From contig DASQGZ010000034.1 in assembly GCA_035632315.1 (NCBI GenBank), positions 12,693-76,692 on the forward strand: a stretch of DNA of 64,000 nucleotides, given 5' to 3'. The first letter of the stretch is position 1. Every line of letters starts with the position of its first letter. The position numbers and the translations under genes were made by a program. Shown here piece by piece: positions 10,060-19,692 of this stretch. The notes beneath the pieces were generated by a model. That model was not told where the DNA came from, searched no databases, and saw nothing but the letters and a program-made list of their open reading frames with translations. This DNA is from Candidatus Kapaibacterium sp. (lineage in GTDB: Bacteria; Bacteroidota; Ignavibacteria; Palsa-1295).

Positions 10060-11448
10060 TTGATGAAAGGTAATGATATGAATTACGACGAAACCAACGA
10101 TACAATGTGGTCCGGCTCGCGCGATCTGATCGGCTCAGGAATGCCGCTTGAAAAATATAATTTCCCGAAAGACCCCCGCCAGATCGGCGGAGCGTATAGT
10201 GTCGAGGAGAATGCAAAATTGCTCCTGCGCTATTTCTATTTCGAACGATTGTTGCTCCGATCGCTCGCCGGGTGGTCAATGGGTACGCCGGAATTCGAAG
10301 TAAAAGTAGAATACGGGCGCCACCTCTATTATCATTCGGAAGCGGCGATGGCATTTCGTACTCGGCTTTCGGAATTACGTTTCAATCCGGAAACAGCCGA
10401 TCATTATACGAATCAAGAGATCGAGTCGTTCTTTGCCGAACTCGTTCACGCCGAATCTCCTGCCCATTTTCTTGCTGGCGTGTACGGCGTGCTTGTACCG
10501 AATCTTATCAATACGTATCAGGAACACATGTCCTCGACCGATCAAGTCGCCGATGCTCCGACTGTTCGCATTTTCAAGCATATTCTTGCCGATTATACCG
10601 AAATGTATCTTTGGGGCAAAGAAGCGATCGAAGCATATATAAATGGAGGGTATGACGGAGCGAATATCGTCTTTTCCCAGATGCATATCGAGCAGATGCT
10701 CAGTTCGATCGGAGGGGTCTCCGGAAAAAAAGAGCGTTCCGTTACCCCGACAAATCTCCGCAGCGCTGGCAAAGGGATCTTCGAACGGTCATTCGTTGCC
10801 ACACGCGATCCTCGTTTCACAACGTTCGAGCATACATACGATTACCGCAAAGCTGACGAAGGAAAGATCGAATACGACTCAGAATATGAAGAGGCACAGC
10901 TTGACCTCATTCGTTCTCAGCGCGATGAACTCGATGCGATCGAGACGTTCAGCAATGTTCTTTACGAAATACGAGATGTGCCGTTCGGTTTCGATTACGA
11001 TCTGGCAAGAATCATTTATGATGAGTGCCGTCATACCGAACTCGGGTATAAAGCATTAATCGAGAAGGGGTTTGACCCATTCGACCTTGCTAATCGGCTA
11101 CTCGGTATCAAAGTGCGTACGAAACTGCCTCCTGAGTATTCGCTGGCTGAGATCAATTTGTTCGGCGAAGCAAATATTGTGCAGGAGGTTGCAAAACAAT
11201 CAAAAGCCGGTTATAAGAAAAAAGATATTTCCGGAATGCTTTTTGATTACGTCAATGCCGACGAGCGAACACACATCCAAAAAGGCACGCGTTGGCTAAC
11301 CTATCTTTTCAAGACCGACTCCATTACGGAGATCGAACAAAAGACGAAAGAAATAGCGATCGAACGGTTACTCGAACTTGGGATCATCGATCATGAAGTG
11401 GCGCTGACAATATCGCATAAAGAGCTGGCAAAAATTATCGGCGAGTAA
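10060..11448 (+). CDS. ferritin-like/diiron-carboxylate superfamily protein (hypothetical, 462 aa)
   Basis: two ExxH motifs about 80 residues apart (YDECRHTELG and NADERTHIQKG), each preceded by a Glu about 25 residues upstream; N-terminal half may be a degenerate duplicate. Confidence 0.5.
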   Translation: MMKGNDMNYDETNDTMWSGSRDLIGSGMPLEKYNFPKDPRQIGGAYSVEENAKLLLRYFYFERLLLRSLAGWSMGTPEFEVKVEYGRHLYYHSEAAMAFRTRLSELRFNPETADHYTNQEIESFFAELVHAESPAHFLAGVYGVLVPNLINTYQEHMSSTDQVADAPTVRIFKHILADYTEMYLWGKEAIEAYINGGYDGANIVFSQMHIEQMLSSIGGVSGKKERSVTPTNLRSAGKGIFERSFVATRDPRFTTFEHTYDYRKADEGKIEYDSEYEEAQLDLIRSQRDELDAIETFSNVLYEIRDVPFGFDYDLARIIYDECRHTELGYKALIEKGFDPFDLANRLLGIKVRTKLPPEYSLAEINLFGEANIVQEVAKQSKAGYKKKDISGMLFDYVNADERTHIQKGTRWLTYLFKTDSITEIEQKTKEIAIERLLELGIIDHEVALTISHKELAKIIGE

Positions 11449-11450
11449 TT

Positions 11451-11478
11451 AAAAAGGCGGCTGTGAGCCGCCTTTTTA
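11451..11478. terminator. bidirectional rho-independent terminator between convergent genes
   Basis: aaaaaGGCGGCTGTGAGCCGCCttttt. Confidence 0.7.
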
Positions 11479-11484
11479 ATAAGC

Positions 11485-13332
11485 TTAGTGTGTATGTGCC
11501 GCTTCGCTTGACGGTCCCCAACCCGGCGGAGGCATATTCTGCGGGTAGTAATCCATTCCCTCAGGCGCATCGGGCGAACTATATTCGTATGGACCACGGA
11601 ATACGCGCGGCTGTTCGGCAAAATTGCCGTGCGGGATCGGATAGGTCAACGTCCATTCGAGCGTGTTTGCATGCCACGGATTCGTCGGGGCTTTCTTCCC
11701 TCTGAAAATACTATAGATCAGATTGAAGAGAAAGATTAATACCGAGAACCCGAGTATAAATGCGCACACCGACATAAATGCATTCAGCGGCTGTAAGTGT
11801 GCCAAATGCGCGTATTGCGTGTAATCGTAAATACGGCGCATCATCCCGTTAATGCCAAGAATATGCATCGGGAAAAAGACTCCGTTGAATGATAAGAATA
11901 ACAGCCAGAAGTGGATCTTTCCTAGTGTTTCGTTCATCATCCGCCCGAACATCTTCGGAAACCAGTAATAAATACCGGCAAAGATCGACATGATCGACCC
12001 TCCAAAGAGTACATAGTGGATATGACCGACAATGAAATATGTGTCATGGATAAAAATATCGACAGGTGTTGACGCCATAAAGATACCGGAAAGACCTCCG
12101 ATCACGAACATCGACACAAACCCGACAGCGAACATAAACGCCGTCGTGAATTTGATATTCGCCCCCCATAGCGTGCCAAGCCAATTGAATGTCTTAATGG
12201 CGGACGGGACTGCGATCACCATCGTCGAGATCATAAATGTCGTGCCGAGCAGCGGATTCATTCCGGACTGGAACATATGATGACCCCAGACGATAAATCC
12301 GAGAAAAGCAATGCCGGCGATCGCAAGTACCATTGCTTTATACCCGAAGATCGGTTTACGGGCAAACACAGAAATTATTTCCGAGGCAAGCCCCATCGCA
12401 GGTAAGATCATAATATATACTTCAGGATGTCCGAAGAACCAGAAGAGATGCTGCCAAAGCAATACCTGCCCGCCGCCGGCATGACCGGTGATCGGAGAAC
12501 CGGCTACAAGCAATCCGTGCGGAATGAAGAAGCTCGTACCGATCGTGCGATCGAAGAGCAACAGTACCAGTGCTGCGGCAAGAACCGGAACAGCAAGTAA
12601 CAGCAAGATCGCTGTAATAAAGATCGCCCAGATCGGAAGCGGCATACGAAACCACGACATTCCCGGTGCGCGCATATTGACGACCGTCGTAATGTAATTG
12701 ATCGCTCCCATCAGCGAAGCACAGCCAGAAAATAGCAAGCTGATCAGCCAAAGATTTTGCCCCCACGTTACACCGGAAAGCTCAGGAACAGCCGAAAGCG
12801 TCGGATAGCTTGTCCAACCACCGCCTGCCGCTCCGCCCGGTACTAAAAATGCGCTCATCATCACGAGGCCGGCAAGCAGAGCAAGCCAGAACGATGCCAT
12901 ATTCAGTTTCGGGAAGGCCATATCACCCGCCCCAAGTTGCAACGGTATCAAGAAATTCGCAAATGTGCCCATTAAAAATGGCATCACTGCAAAAAAGATC
13001 ATGAATGTTGCGTGCATTGTGAACGCGGAATTGTAGAATTCAGGAAGAATAATACCGCCGGCGATCATTTTCTCACCGAAGATCAATGAGAAAAACTTTG
13101 CCATGATCGTATAAAACCAACCTTGATGATCAGGCCATCCAAGCTGCAAGCGAACGACAAGAGCAAGCAAACCGCCGACAAGCAGGAAGAAGCAGCTTGT
13201 AAATAAGAACTGAATACCGATCGTTTTATGATCGGTCGAGAAGATGTATTTTCTCCAGAAACTGAGTTCGTGATGCTCGTGAGCATGGGCTCCGGCAATT
13301 TTTATTTCTTTTGGTAGTACGATCGTTGACAT
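11485..13332 (-). CDS. coxA: cytochrome c oxidase subunit I (heme-copper oxidase)
   Basis: 615 aa, 12+ TM; canonical subunit I sequence blocks (GHPEVYIMILPAMG, WGHHMF, HDTYFIVGHIHYVL); GAGG Shine-Dalgarno upstream of ATG. Confidence 0.9.
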   Translation of the reverse strand: MSTIVLPKEIKIAGAHAHEHHELSFWRKYIFSTDHKTIGIQFLFTSCFFLLVGGLLALVVRLQLGWPDHQGWFYTIMAKFFSLIFGEKMIAGGIILPEFYNSAFTMHATFMIFFAVMPFLMGTFANFLIPLQLGAGDMAFPKLNMASFWLALLAGLVMMSAFLVPGGAAGGGWTSYPTLSAVPELSGVTWGQNLWLISLLFSGCASLMGAINYITTVVNMRAPGMSWFRMPLPIWAIFITAILLLLAVPVLAAALVLLLFDRTIGTSFFIPHGLLVAGSPITGHAGGGQVLLWQHLFWFFGHPEVYIMILPAMGLASEIISVFARKPIFGYKAMVLAIAGIAFLGFIVWGHHMFQSGMNPLLGTTFMISTMVIAVPSAIKTFNWLGTLWGANIKFTTAFMFAVGFVSMFVIGGLSGIFMASTPVDIFIHDTYFIVGHIHYVLFGGSIMSIFAGIYYWFPKMFGRMMNETLGKIHFWLLFLSFNGVFFPMHILGINGMMRRIYDYTQYAHLAHLQPLNAFMSVCAFILGFSVLIFLFNLIYSIFRGKKAPTNPWHANTLEWTLTYPIPHGNFAEQPRVFRGPYEYSSPDAPEGMDYYPQNMPPPGWGPSSEAAHTH

Positions 13333-13353
13333 ACGTTATCCTCTCTTACAATC

Positions 13354-14199
13354 TTATTTCGAAGCGACGGTGGAAGCAGAATCGGAAGCCGGGGCAGCGG
13401 GTGCGGGCGGCGGTGCTGCTTGCGAAGCAAGCCAATGATTGAGCGAATCGCGCGTAACAACATGCACGAATCCTTTCATTCGGTAATGGCCGAGACCACA
13501 GAGTTCAGCGCAGGCGATCTCAAGATCGCGAACTTCGGTCGGTTGTATCCAGACAGCCGTCGGCATTCCGGGAACCGCGTCTTGCTTGATACGAAATTCA
13601 GGTACAAAGAAACTATGGATCACATCCTGCCCTTCGAGTTTGATCTGCACCGGCTCATTGACAGCAAGATATAATTGATTGATCGTATTAATGTCATCTG
13701 CCGTATTGAACTTGCCGTCAGGACCAGGATAGGTAATATCCCACTCAAACTGACGCGGACGGATCTGTATGACCGGAGCGCCTTTCGGAAATCTGTCAGG
13801 GCTTTTGACCTCAGACCAGATCGCATTACTAAAGATCGCAAGAAATACCAATATGATTGCCGGCAACGCAGTCCAGGTAATTTCGAGCTTGTTGTTACCG
13901 TGATAGTATGTCGCTTTACGGCCGGGCTTCTGACGATACTTCCAAAGAAAATAGACCAGACAAACCTCGACCAGCACGAACACGACAAGCGTAATCCACA
14001 GTATAACATTAAAGAGACTGTCAATGTCAGGAGCGTATGTGCTCGACTTATCCGGAAGGGCATTCATCCACCAGGAATACCAGTGATGGTTCGGATAGCG
14101 GGGTTTGACATCCTGCGCCAAAAGCGCTGTCGGAAGCGCGAGGAGAAGGGCTCCGACACATCGCCCGATTCCTCGCTTAATACCTGAGATCATCAGCAA
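13354..14199 (-). CDS. coxB: cytochrome c oxidase subunit II (CuA site; no cytochrome c domain; Ala/Pro-rich C-terminal tail)
   Basis: CuA motif H...CAELCGLGHYRM; two N-terminal TM helices; C-terminus AAPPPAPAAPASDSASTVASK. Confidence 0.85.
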   Translation of the reverse strand: MLMISGIKRGIGRCVGALLLALPTALLAQDVKPRYPNHHWYSWWMNALPDKSSTYAPDIDSLFNVILWITLVVFVLVEVCLVYFLWKYRQKPGRKATYYHGNNKLEITWTALPAIILVFLAIFSNAIWSEVKSPDRFPKGAPVIQIRPRQFEWDITYPGPDGKFNTADDINTINQLYLAVNEPVQIKLEGQDVIHSFFVPEFRIKQDAVPGMPTAVWIQPTEVRDLEIACAELCGLGHYRMKGFVHVVTRDSLNHWLASQAAPPPAPAAPASDSASTVASK

Positions 14200-14275
14200 T
14201 AAAAAGTAGATCTATTAAAATTTTCCTCACAAAACAGCGAGGGGTACCATTCTACCCCTCGCTTATGACATTCGC

Positions 14276-15088
14276 TTATTGCGCTTTGAGGGTAAAGTCA
14301 ACTGTCTTGCTGTCTTTTGCAGCGACAGTAACTTTTTGATCGACACTCACGCCTTTACCGTCAACCGTCTCGTGCCAGCAGCTGATCGTGTAGTCCCCTG
14401 CCGGAACGCCTGCGATGGAGAATTTACCGTCATTTTTAGTAACTGCAAAGAACGGATGGTTCAGCACACCTGCATAGCAGTTCATCCAGCCGTGAACGTC
14501 GCATTTGATCGGTACCATCACCTCAACTTTGTCGAAGCTCTCTTCTTTATCCGGCGATCCCGGCGGCTGTCCGTCGTTGAACTGAGAGTTCTTGTCACCG
14601 TGTGAATGGATATTATGAAGTGTTTTATCGGAGTTCTTGATCACAAACTTCTGGCCTGTGAGAATTCCAAAAACGTGAGGCTCATATTGACAGCCATGCT
14701 GATCAAGCGTGACCGGTGTTGTAGGAGCGGCATACGTTTTCCCGCCGAGTCCGTCTTTAATGTAAATAAACGCGTTCGAAAGCGTCCCGCCGTCCCCGGT
14801 GATCCAATGGTCTTCCATAACCGCACCGGAATGTGCTGATTTACAAACCGGATCGGCATCCATCGCGATCGCTTTATTTGCCGGAGCCGCTCCATCGAGC
14901 TTCACTGTTCCGGTAATCGTCGCACCGTTTGCCATATCGACCGTTGCAACAGTCCCAGGGCCGCCTGCGGCGCCATTGTCTCCACCTTCATTTTCATCTT
15001 CGCTCTTCTTGCCGCCGCAACTGATGAGTCCGACAACAACAAGTAACGACAGGAAATATGATAACTTACGTAATGTTCGAGTATTCAT
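14276..15088 (-). CDS. lipoprotein with type-1 copper (cupredoxin, amicyanin-like) site fused to a CarboxypepD_reg-like domain
   Basis: lipobox LISC; Gly/Ala-rich linker; His (LHNIHSHGD) about 37 residues before CDVHGWM (C-x2-H-x2-M); C-terminal DGKFSIAGVPAGDYTISCWHE...VDFTLKAQ. Confidence 0.5.
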   Translation of the reverse strand: MNTRTLRKLSYFLSLLVVVGLISCGGKKSEDENEGGDNGAAGGPGTVATVDMANGATITGTVKLDGAAPANKAIAMDADPVCKSAHSGAVMEDHWITGDGGTLSNAFIYIKDGLGGKTYAAPTTPVTLDQHGCQYEPHVFGILTGQKFVIKNSDKTLHNIHSHGDKNSQFNDGQPPGSPDKEESFDKVEVMVPIKCDVHGWMNCYAGVLNHPFFAVTKNDGKFSIAGVPAGDYTISCWHETVDGKGVSVDQKVTVAAKDSKTVDFTLKAQ

Positions 15089-15244
15089 CTCTGCTAATCT
15101 TATATTTTGTGAAATTCTTGGGTTCTCTGGTAGCTAGATTACAAAAATACGGAGAATTTTGGCGCCCGAACAGGAATTTACGTTATGAAGTCAGACGATA
15201 TGAGGCGTAATATAACTTCAAATAGTGTTAATTACTCTTAGTCA

Positions 15245-16096
15245 ATGAATATCCAACTTCAAAACACATATAATGAATGCCGCAGAATCGCGGCACATTA
15301 TGAAAATTTCCCTGTAGGTTCGGTACTCATCCCAAAACGATTGAGGCACCATTTTTATGCATTCTATGCATTTATGCGCACCGCAGATGATTTCGCCGAT
15401 CTGCCGAACCGGTCGCGTGAAAAAAGGTTACGACTTCTCGAAGACTGGCGGGACAAATTACAAATGATCTTATCGGGCGGTACTGTCGATTCTCCGATCT
15501 TTATCGCGCTTGCCAATACTATTACAGAATGTGATCTTGCGAGTGAGCCGTTAAAAAAATTACTCGAAGCATTTGAGTTCGACGCACGCGGAGATGTCCG
15601 CTTCGAAACATTCGAAGATCTTCGGTGGTACACTTCTCGTTCAGCCGACCCGGTCGGCGAACTCGTTCTTGCGCTCTTCGGCTATCGTGATCAGAGGCGC
15701 GTCAAATTATCAAATGACATTTGTACAGCCCTGCAGCTCCTGAATTTTATTCAGGATATTGCAGAAGACCTATCGAACGATCGTTTTTACTTCCCGAATG
15801 AAGATTGGAACATGTTCGGTATCGAGCCTTCGAAGCGCCCCGATCTCGAACGGCTTGCATTGCTCTGTCTGTTCGAACTCGAACGGGTTGAATCGCTCCT
15901 CGATCGTGGCGCGCCGCTTGCCGAAGCTGTCGGTGGGCGGTTAGCATTCGAGCTTCGCGCTATTATCCATTCTGCCCGCCGATTATCGCAAAAAATCGCT
16001 AAAAACGATGGTAACACTTATTTAACGCGCCCAACACTCGGAAAAAGGGAACGTTTCGCTGTGCTTTTACAGTCTTTGATGTTCAGAGCAGCATAA
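15245..16096 (+). CDS. hpnC: squalene/phytoene synthase family protein, HpnC-like (hydroxysqualene synthase)
   Basis: 283 aa; N-terminal HYENFPVGS...YAFMRTADDFAD (Asp-rich motif 1); trans-isoprenyl diphosphate synthase head-to-head fold. Confidence 0.6.
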   Translation: MNIQLQNTYNECRRIAAHYENFPVGSVLIPKRLRHHFYAFYAFMRTADDFADLPNRSREKRLRLLEDWRDKLQMILSGGTVDSPIFIALANTITECDLASEPLKKLLEAFEFDARGDVRFETFEDLRWYTSRSADPVGELVLALFGYRDQRRVKLSNDICTALQLLNFIQDIAEDLSNDRFYFPNEDWNMFGIEPSKRPDLERLALLCLFELERVESLLDRGAPLAEAVGGRLAFELRAIIHSARRLSQKIAKNDGNTYLTRPTLGKRERFAVLLQSLMFRAA

Positions 16097-17028
16097 TGAC
16101 AGACATACGACCCGTTCATAGCGCGGAATCCATTTTTTTAGAAGAGCCTTTGCCTGTCGCATCGACCGACGGCAAGAGTAATTTCTTCTACTCCTTCTCG
16201 CTTTTGCCGCGCGATGAACGCGAGGCACTCCAGTCAGTATATGAATTTTGCCGTTATACCGACGACCTCGTTGATGAAGATCTGCCGCTTGAAATCCCGG
16301 GCATCGATGTCAAAAAAGAAGTAGCGCTCGAAAAGAAACGCGTTCGGCTCGATTGGTGGCGCGCTGAAGTAGAAAAGTGCTATGCAGGAACGAGTAAGCA
16401 TCCGATCCTTCGTAATCTATATAAGGTCATCTTACGCTTCAAAATTCCGAAGCAGTATTTCCTGACACTTATCGACGGTGTCGAGATGGATCTCGTCAAG
16501 AATCGTTATGAGACGTTCGACGAACTGCGGGAATATTGCTATGCCGTAGCCAGTATTGTCGGTCTCGTCACGATAGAAATTTTCGGTTACAAGTTCGAGC
16601 GCACGAAAGAATATGCGATCGATCTCGGTATTGCGCTGCAACTAACGAATATTTTACGCGACGTAAAAAAAGATGCTTCGATGGGGCGCATCTATCTCCC
16701 ACGTGAAGACATGGAATGCTTTGGCGTAACCGAAGAAGATATTCTGCATGGCAATTACAATCTGCCGTTCATTAACCTAATGAAGTTCGAGGTCGCGCGC
16801 GCGCGTGAGCATTACACGTCTGCACGGATGAAGCTTGGCAAAGGCGAGCGTTTCACGCTTTTCGCCGCTCAGATAATGGATGCGATCTATTTCCGATTAC
16901 TTCGCAAGATCGAGCTTGCAGAGTATAATGTCTTTCAAAAGCGTATCACAGTCAGCACACCGCATAAGATCTTGATCGCATTTCGGTTCTGGTTTTCAAG
17001 CGTGATCTTTCGCGAACGCGGAAGCTGA
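16096..17028 (+). CDS. hpnD: squalene/phytoene synthase family protein, HpnD/CrtB-like (presqualene diphosphate synthase)
   Basis: 310 aa; FYYSFSLLPRDEREALQSVYEFCRYTDDLVDE; second Asp-rich motif ILRDVKKD; ATGA overlap with hpnC-like gene. Confidence 0.6.
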   Translation: MTDIRPVHSAESIFLEEPLPVASTDGKSNFFYSFSLLPRDEREALQSVYEFCRYTDDLVDEDLPLEIPGIDVKKEVALEKKRVRLDWWRAEVEKCYAGTSKHPILRNLYKVILRFKIPKQYFLTLIDGVEMDLVKNRYETFDELREYCYAVASIVGLVTIEIFGYKFERTKEYAIDLGIALQLTNILRDVKKDASMGRIYLPREDMECFGVTEEDILHGNYNLPFINLMKFEVARAREHYTSARMKLGKGERFTLFAAQIMDAIYFRLLRKIELAEYNVFQKRITVSTPHKILIAFRFWFSSVIFRERGS

Positions 17029-17071
17029 TGTACTATTTGTAAATTTTTCGCCACGAATTCGTCTCGTATTC

Positions 17072-18703
17072 ATGAATAAATTAATTGGTTTTTTTCTTTT
17101 ACTGATCACCTCGCCGGTATTCTCTCAGATCACGGTCGAAGGCACCGTCACCGACGCGAATGGAAAAGCGCCGATCCTTGCTCATGCACATATTGGGCAG
17201 TATAATGATATGGAAAAAAGTACCGACGTACTATGTGACCAGAATGGACATTTTACTGTGCAAGTCCCTGCATTCGGTATTTATTCGCTTCGTCTGAGCG
17301 CTGTCAATCATCAGGAAGTTAATGTGCAGGTCATTCTCGATGGAACGGAAAAAGATGTAATAGTTAGTGTCAGACTTCAGACGAACGCGTATCAGATCGA
17401 AACCCCAAAAGTCACCGGCGACTGGAATAAATTTGCTTTCTCTACTGCCGAGGTGATGAAAGTATCTCAAACAGCCGGTGGAAAGACCATTTACACGGCC
17501 GAACTCACTGCGACAGCCGATACGCTAGCGTATCAATTATTGGGTGTTGCCGGCGAGCATAGTGTTAATGGCACTCAAGCTGACTACTTTTCCTATGACG
17601 GCGGAGGAGATTATCGCTCGGTCATCAAAACTCACAAAGGCGATAAAGTAACGGTCACGTTTGACCCGGAAAAATTACCGGCGACACAAACGACAGGACT
17701 TCCCATCATTGAATTCAAAAATAGCCCATTCCTCAAACGATCGTCAGAACTTTCTACAGCGATCAATAAAATGCATCGAGAGACGTTCCCAGATCCTTCA
17801 AGCGAAACTCCTGTATCTGCGGAGAAATACAAAGAGCTATTTCGATTTATTCAAAAGGCGCAAGCCGATGCTAATACCTCCGGCGACAAGCGCTTGGCAG
17901 AATTTGCGACCGTAATGCTCGTAAAAGAATTTACACCGGAAGCCGAGTTCGGCACAGCAAATGCCGAGCTTGTTCTGCAAACAGTACGGGCTGAGTCGCC
18001 GCTCTGGGTCTTTGCTCCGAACGAGATCATCGAGGTCACCAAACTCGCAGCAAAAGAACGCAGTGAAACATATCGCAATGCGTTGAAAAAGAATCCGCAA
18101 AAACTTGTTCGTGCTATTGCGCTGGCGACTGAAATGCAACATGCTATCTCTGTTGAGGATAAGACAAACTGGAAAAGCCTGTATGTAACTCTAAAGAACG
18201 ATTACAACGATGTTCCCGAAGTCAAATGGTTCATTCTTCAAAATAATCCCGATGCACTTGTTCAAACCGGGAAACTCGTACCGTCTTTCGAGCTGGCATT
18301 GTTAGACGGCTCAGGAAATGTAAGTAATACCTCAATGCTCGGCAAGTATTATATGATAGACTTTTGGGCAACGTGGTGCGGGCCCTGTGTACATGAGATG
18401 CCTGCGGTTCACAAAGCATACGAAAAATTCAGAGGTAAAAAAGGATTTGAGATCCTCTCAATTTCCATGGACGCAAAACAAGACAATATCGCCCCCTTCC
18501 GTGCAAAGAAATGGAAGATGCCGTGGCTCCACGCATTCATCCCCGGTGTGTTCAATGCCGATCTTGCAAAGAAATTCGAAATCGCAGGTATTCCAAAACC
18601 AATTCTCGTCAGCCCTGAAGGTAAGATTGTTGCAAAAGACGACGATCTGCGCGGCGAAAATCTTGAAAAAACACTGGCGAAGTATTTGGGAGAACCGAAT
18701 TAG
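17072..18703 (+). CDS. secreted thiol-disulfide oxidoreductase, TlpA/ResA-like thioredoxin domain with large N-terminal domain
   Basis: signal peptide; C-terminal YYMIDFWATWCGPCVHEMPAV (WCGPC active site). Confidence 0.75.
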   Translation: MNKLIGFFLLLITSPVFSQITVEGTVTDANGKAPILAHAHIGQYNDMEKSTDVLCDQNGHFTVQVPAFGIYSLRLSAVNHQEVNVQVILDGTEKDVIVSVRLQTNAYQIETPKVTGDWNKFAFSTAEVMKVSQTAGGKTIYTAELTATADTLAYQLLGVAGEHSVNGTQADYFSYDGGGDYRSVIKTHKGDKVTVTFDPEKLPATQTTGLPIIEFKNSPFLKRSSELSTAINKMHRETFPDPSSETPVSAEKYKELFRFIQKAQADANTSGDKRLAEFATVMLVKEFTPEAEFGTANAELVLQTVRAESPLWVFAPNEIIEVTKLAAKERSETYRNALKKNPQKLVRAIALATEMQHAISVEDKTNWKSLYVTLKNDYNDVPEVKWFILQNNPDALVQTGKLVPSFELALLDGSGNVSNTSMLGKYYMIDFWATWCGPCVHEMPAVHKAYEKFRGKKGFEILSISMDAKQDNIAPFRAKKWKMPWLHAFIPGVFNADLAKKFEIAGIPKPILVSPEGKIVAKDDDLRGENLEKTLAKYLGEPN

Positions 18704-18715
18704 TGTTTATTTGCA

Positions 18716-18754
18716 TCAAAAAAAAATGGGACGAGAATGTCCCACTTTTTTTTT
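18716..18754. terminator. bidirectional rho-independent terminator
   Basis: aaaaaaaaaTGGGACgagaatGTCCCActtttttttt. Confidence 0.7.
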
Positions 18755-18766
18755 AATATTACCAGC

Positions 18767-19174
18767 TTATTTTCTTCTCATCGCGTCAATACTCCACGGT
18801 CCGGCTCCGGCAGCAGAAATAAAAAGCCAGATGAAGCAGAGGAGCACTGCCGGTTCTCCATGATTGACGACCGTCCAGAATCCATGGGAGAAATGCCCTT
18901 GGAAATATGCAACTGCCATTTCACCGGAGAGAATAAATGCCACCGGACGCGTAAATAATCCAACGAGCAGTAACGCTCCGCCGAAGACTTCGAGGACGCC
19001 GGCAAGTCCCATTTGCGAGAACAGTGAGATCGTTATTCCATTGGGCAATGGCGCCGGCCAGCCAAAGAGCTTCATTGCGCCGGGCTGCATGAAAACCAAT
19101 GCGGCAAAAATGCGCAGCAAACTTAATATATAAGGGGAATACGATTGCCACTTGGATGAAATATTATTACTCAT
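18767..19174 (-). CDS. DoxX family membrane protein
   Basis: 135 aa, four TM helices, typical DoxX N-terminus (YSPYILSLLRIFAALVFMQPGAMKLFGWP). Confidence 0.75.
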   Translation of the reverse strand: MSNNISSKWQSYSPYILSLLRIFAALVFMQPGAMKLFGWPAPLPNGITISLFSQMGLAGVLEVFGGALLLVGLFTRPVAFILSGEMAVAYFQGHFSHGFWTVVNHGEPAVLLCFIWLFISAAGAGPWSIDAMRRK

Positions 19175-19230
19175 ATTTGTCTGATAGATATTAATGAGGG
19201 GCGAAGCAGAGTATCGCCCCCCAAGTCAGT

Positions 19231-19659
19231 TTACTTTTTCGGGTAAGTATAATTTACCATCCACTTGACACCGTATTTATCGGTAAACATACCGAAATAC
19301 GCGCCCCAGAACATATCGGCGAGCGGTACTTCAATTTTTCCTCCTGCGGATAAACCGTTGAAGAGCTTTTCGGTTTCTGCTTTACCCTCCGTTTCGAGAG
19401 AAAGCATCATGTTATCTCCGACATTGAGCTTTTGCCCCATTGACTCGAGTGCATCGGTGCCCATCAGAACATTTCCTTTGCCGATCGGCAAGGAAACGTG
19501 CATGATCTTATCGGCATCCTGCGGCTGCATTTTCGCTCCATCTGGAGTATCCTTGAATCGTTGGAGCGTAATGAACTCTCCGCCGAAGACCGATTTGTAG
19601 AAGTTGAATGCTTCCTCGGTATTGCCGGGAAAGTTTAAGTATGGATTAAGAGTTGCCAT
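19231..19659 (-). CDS. VOC-superfamily protein, PhnB/3-demethylubiquinone-9 3-methyltransferase-like domain
   Basis: 142 aa; MATLNPYLNFPGNTEEAFNFYKSVFGGEF. Confidence 0.7.
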   Translation of the reverse strand: MATLNPYLNFPGNTEEAFNFYKSVFGGEFITLQRFKDTPDGAKMQPQDADKIMHVSLPIGKGNVLMGTDALESMGQKLNVGDNMMLSLETEGKAETEKLFNGLSAGGKIEVPLADMFWGAYFGMFTDKYGVKWMVNYTYPKK

Positions 19660-19692
19660 GGTGGTTTATAATTATTTGGTGAAACAAAAAAA

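Noticed and set aside
11485-14199. Numerous 60-150-aa antisense or alternate-frame ORFs within coxA/coxB (for example 12422..12766, 13620..14063, 13675..14187)
   Set aside because: They are embedded in strongly conserved oxidase subunits, have no independent motifs, and are typical frame shadows.
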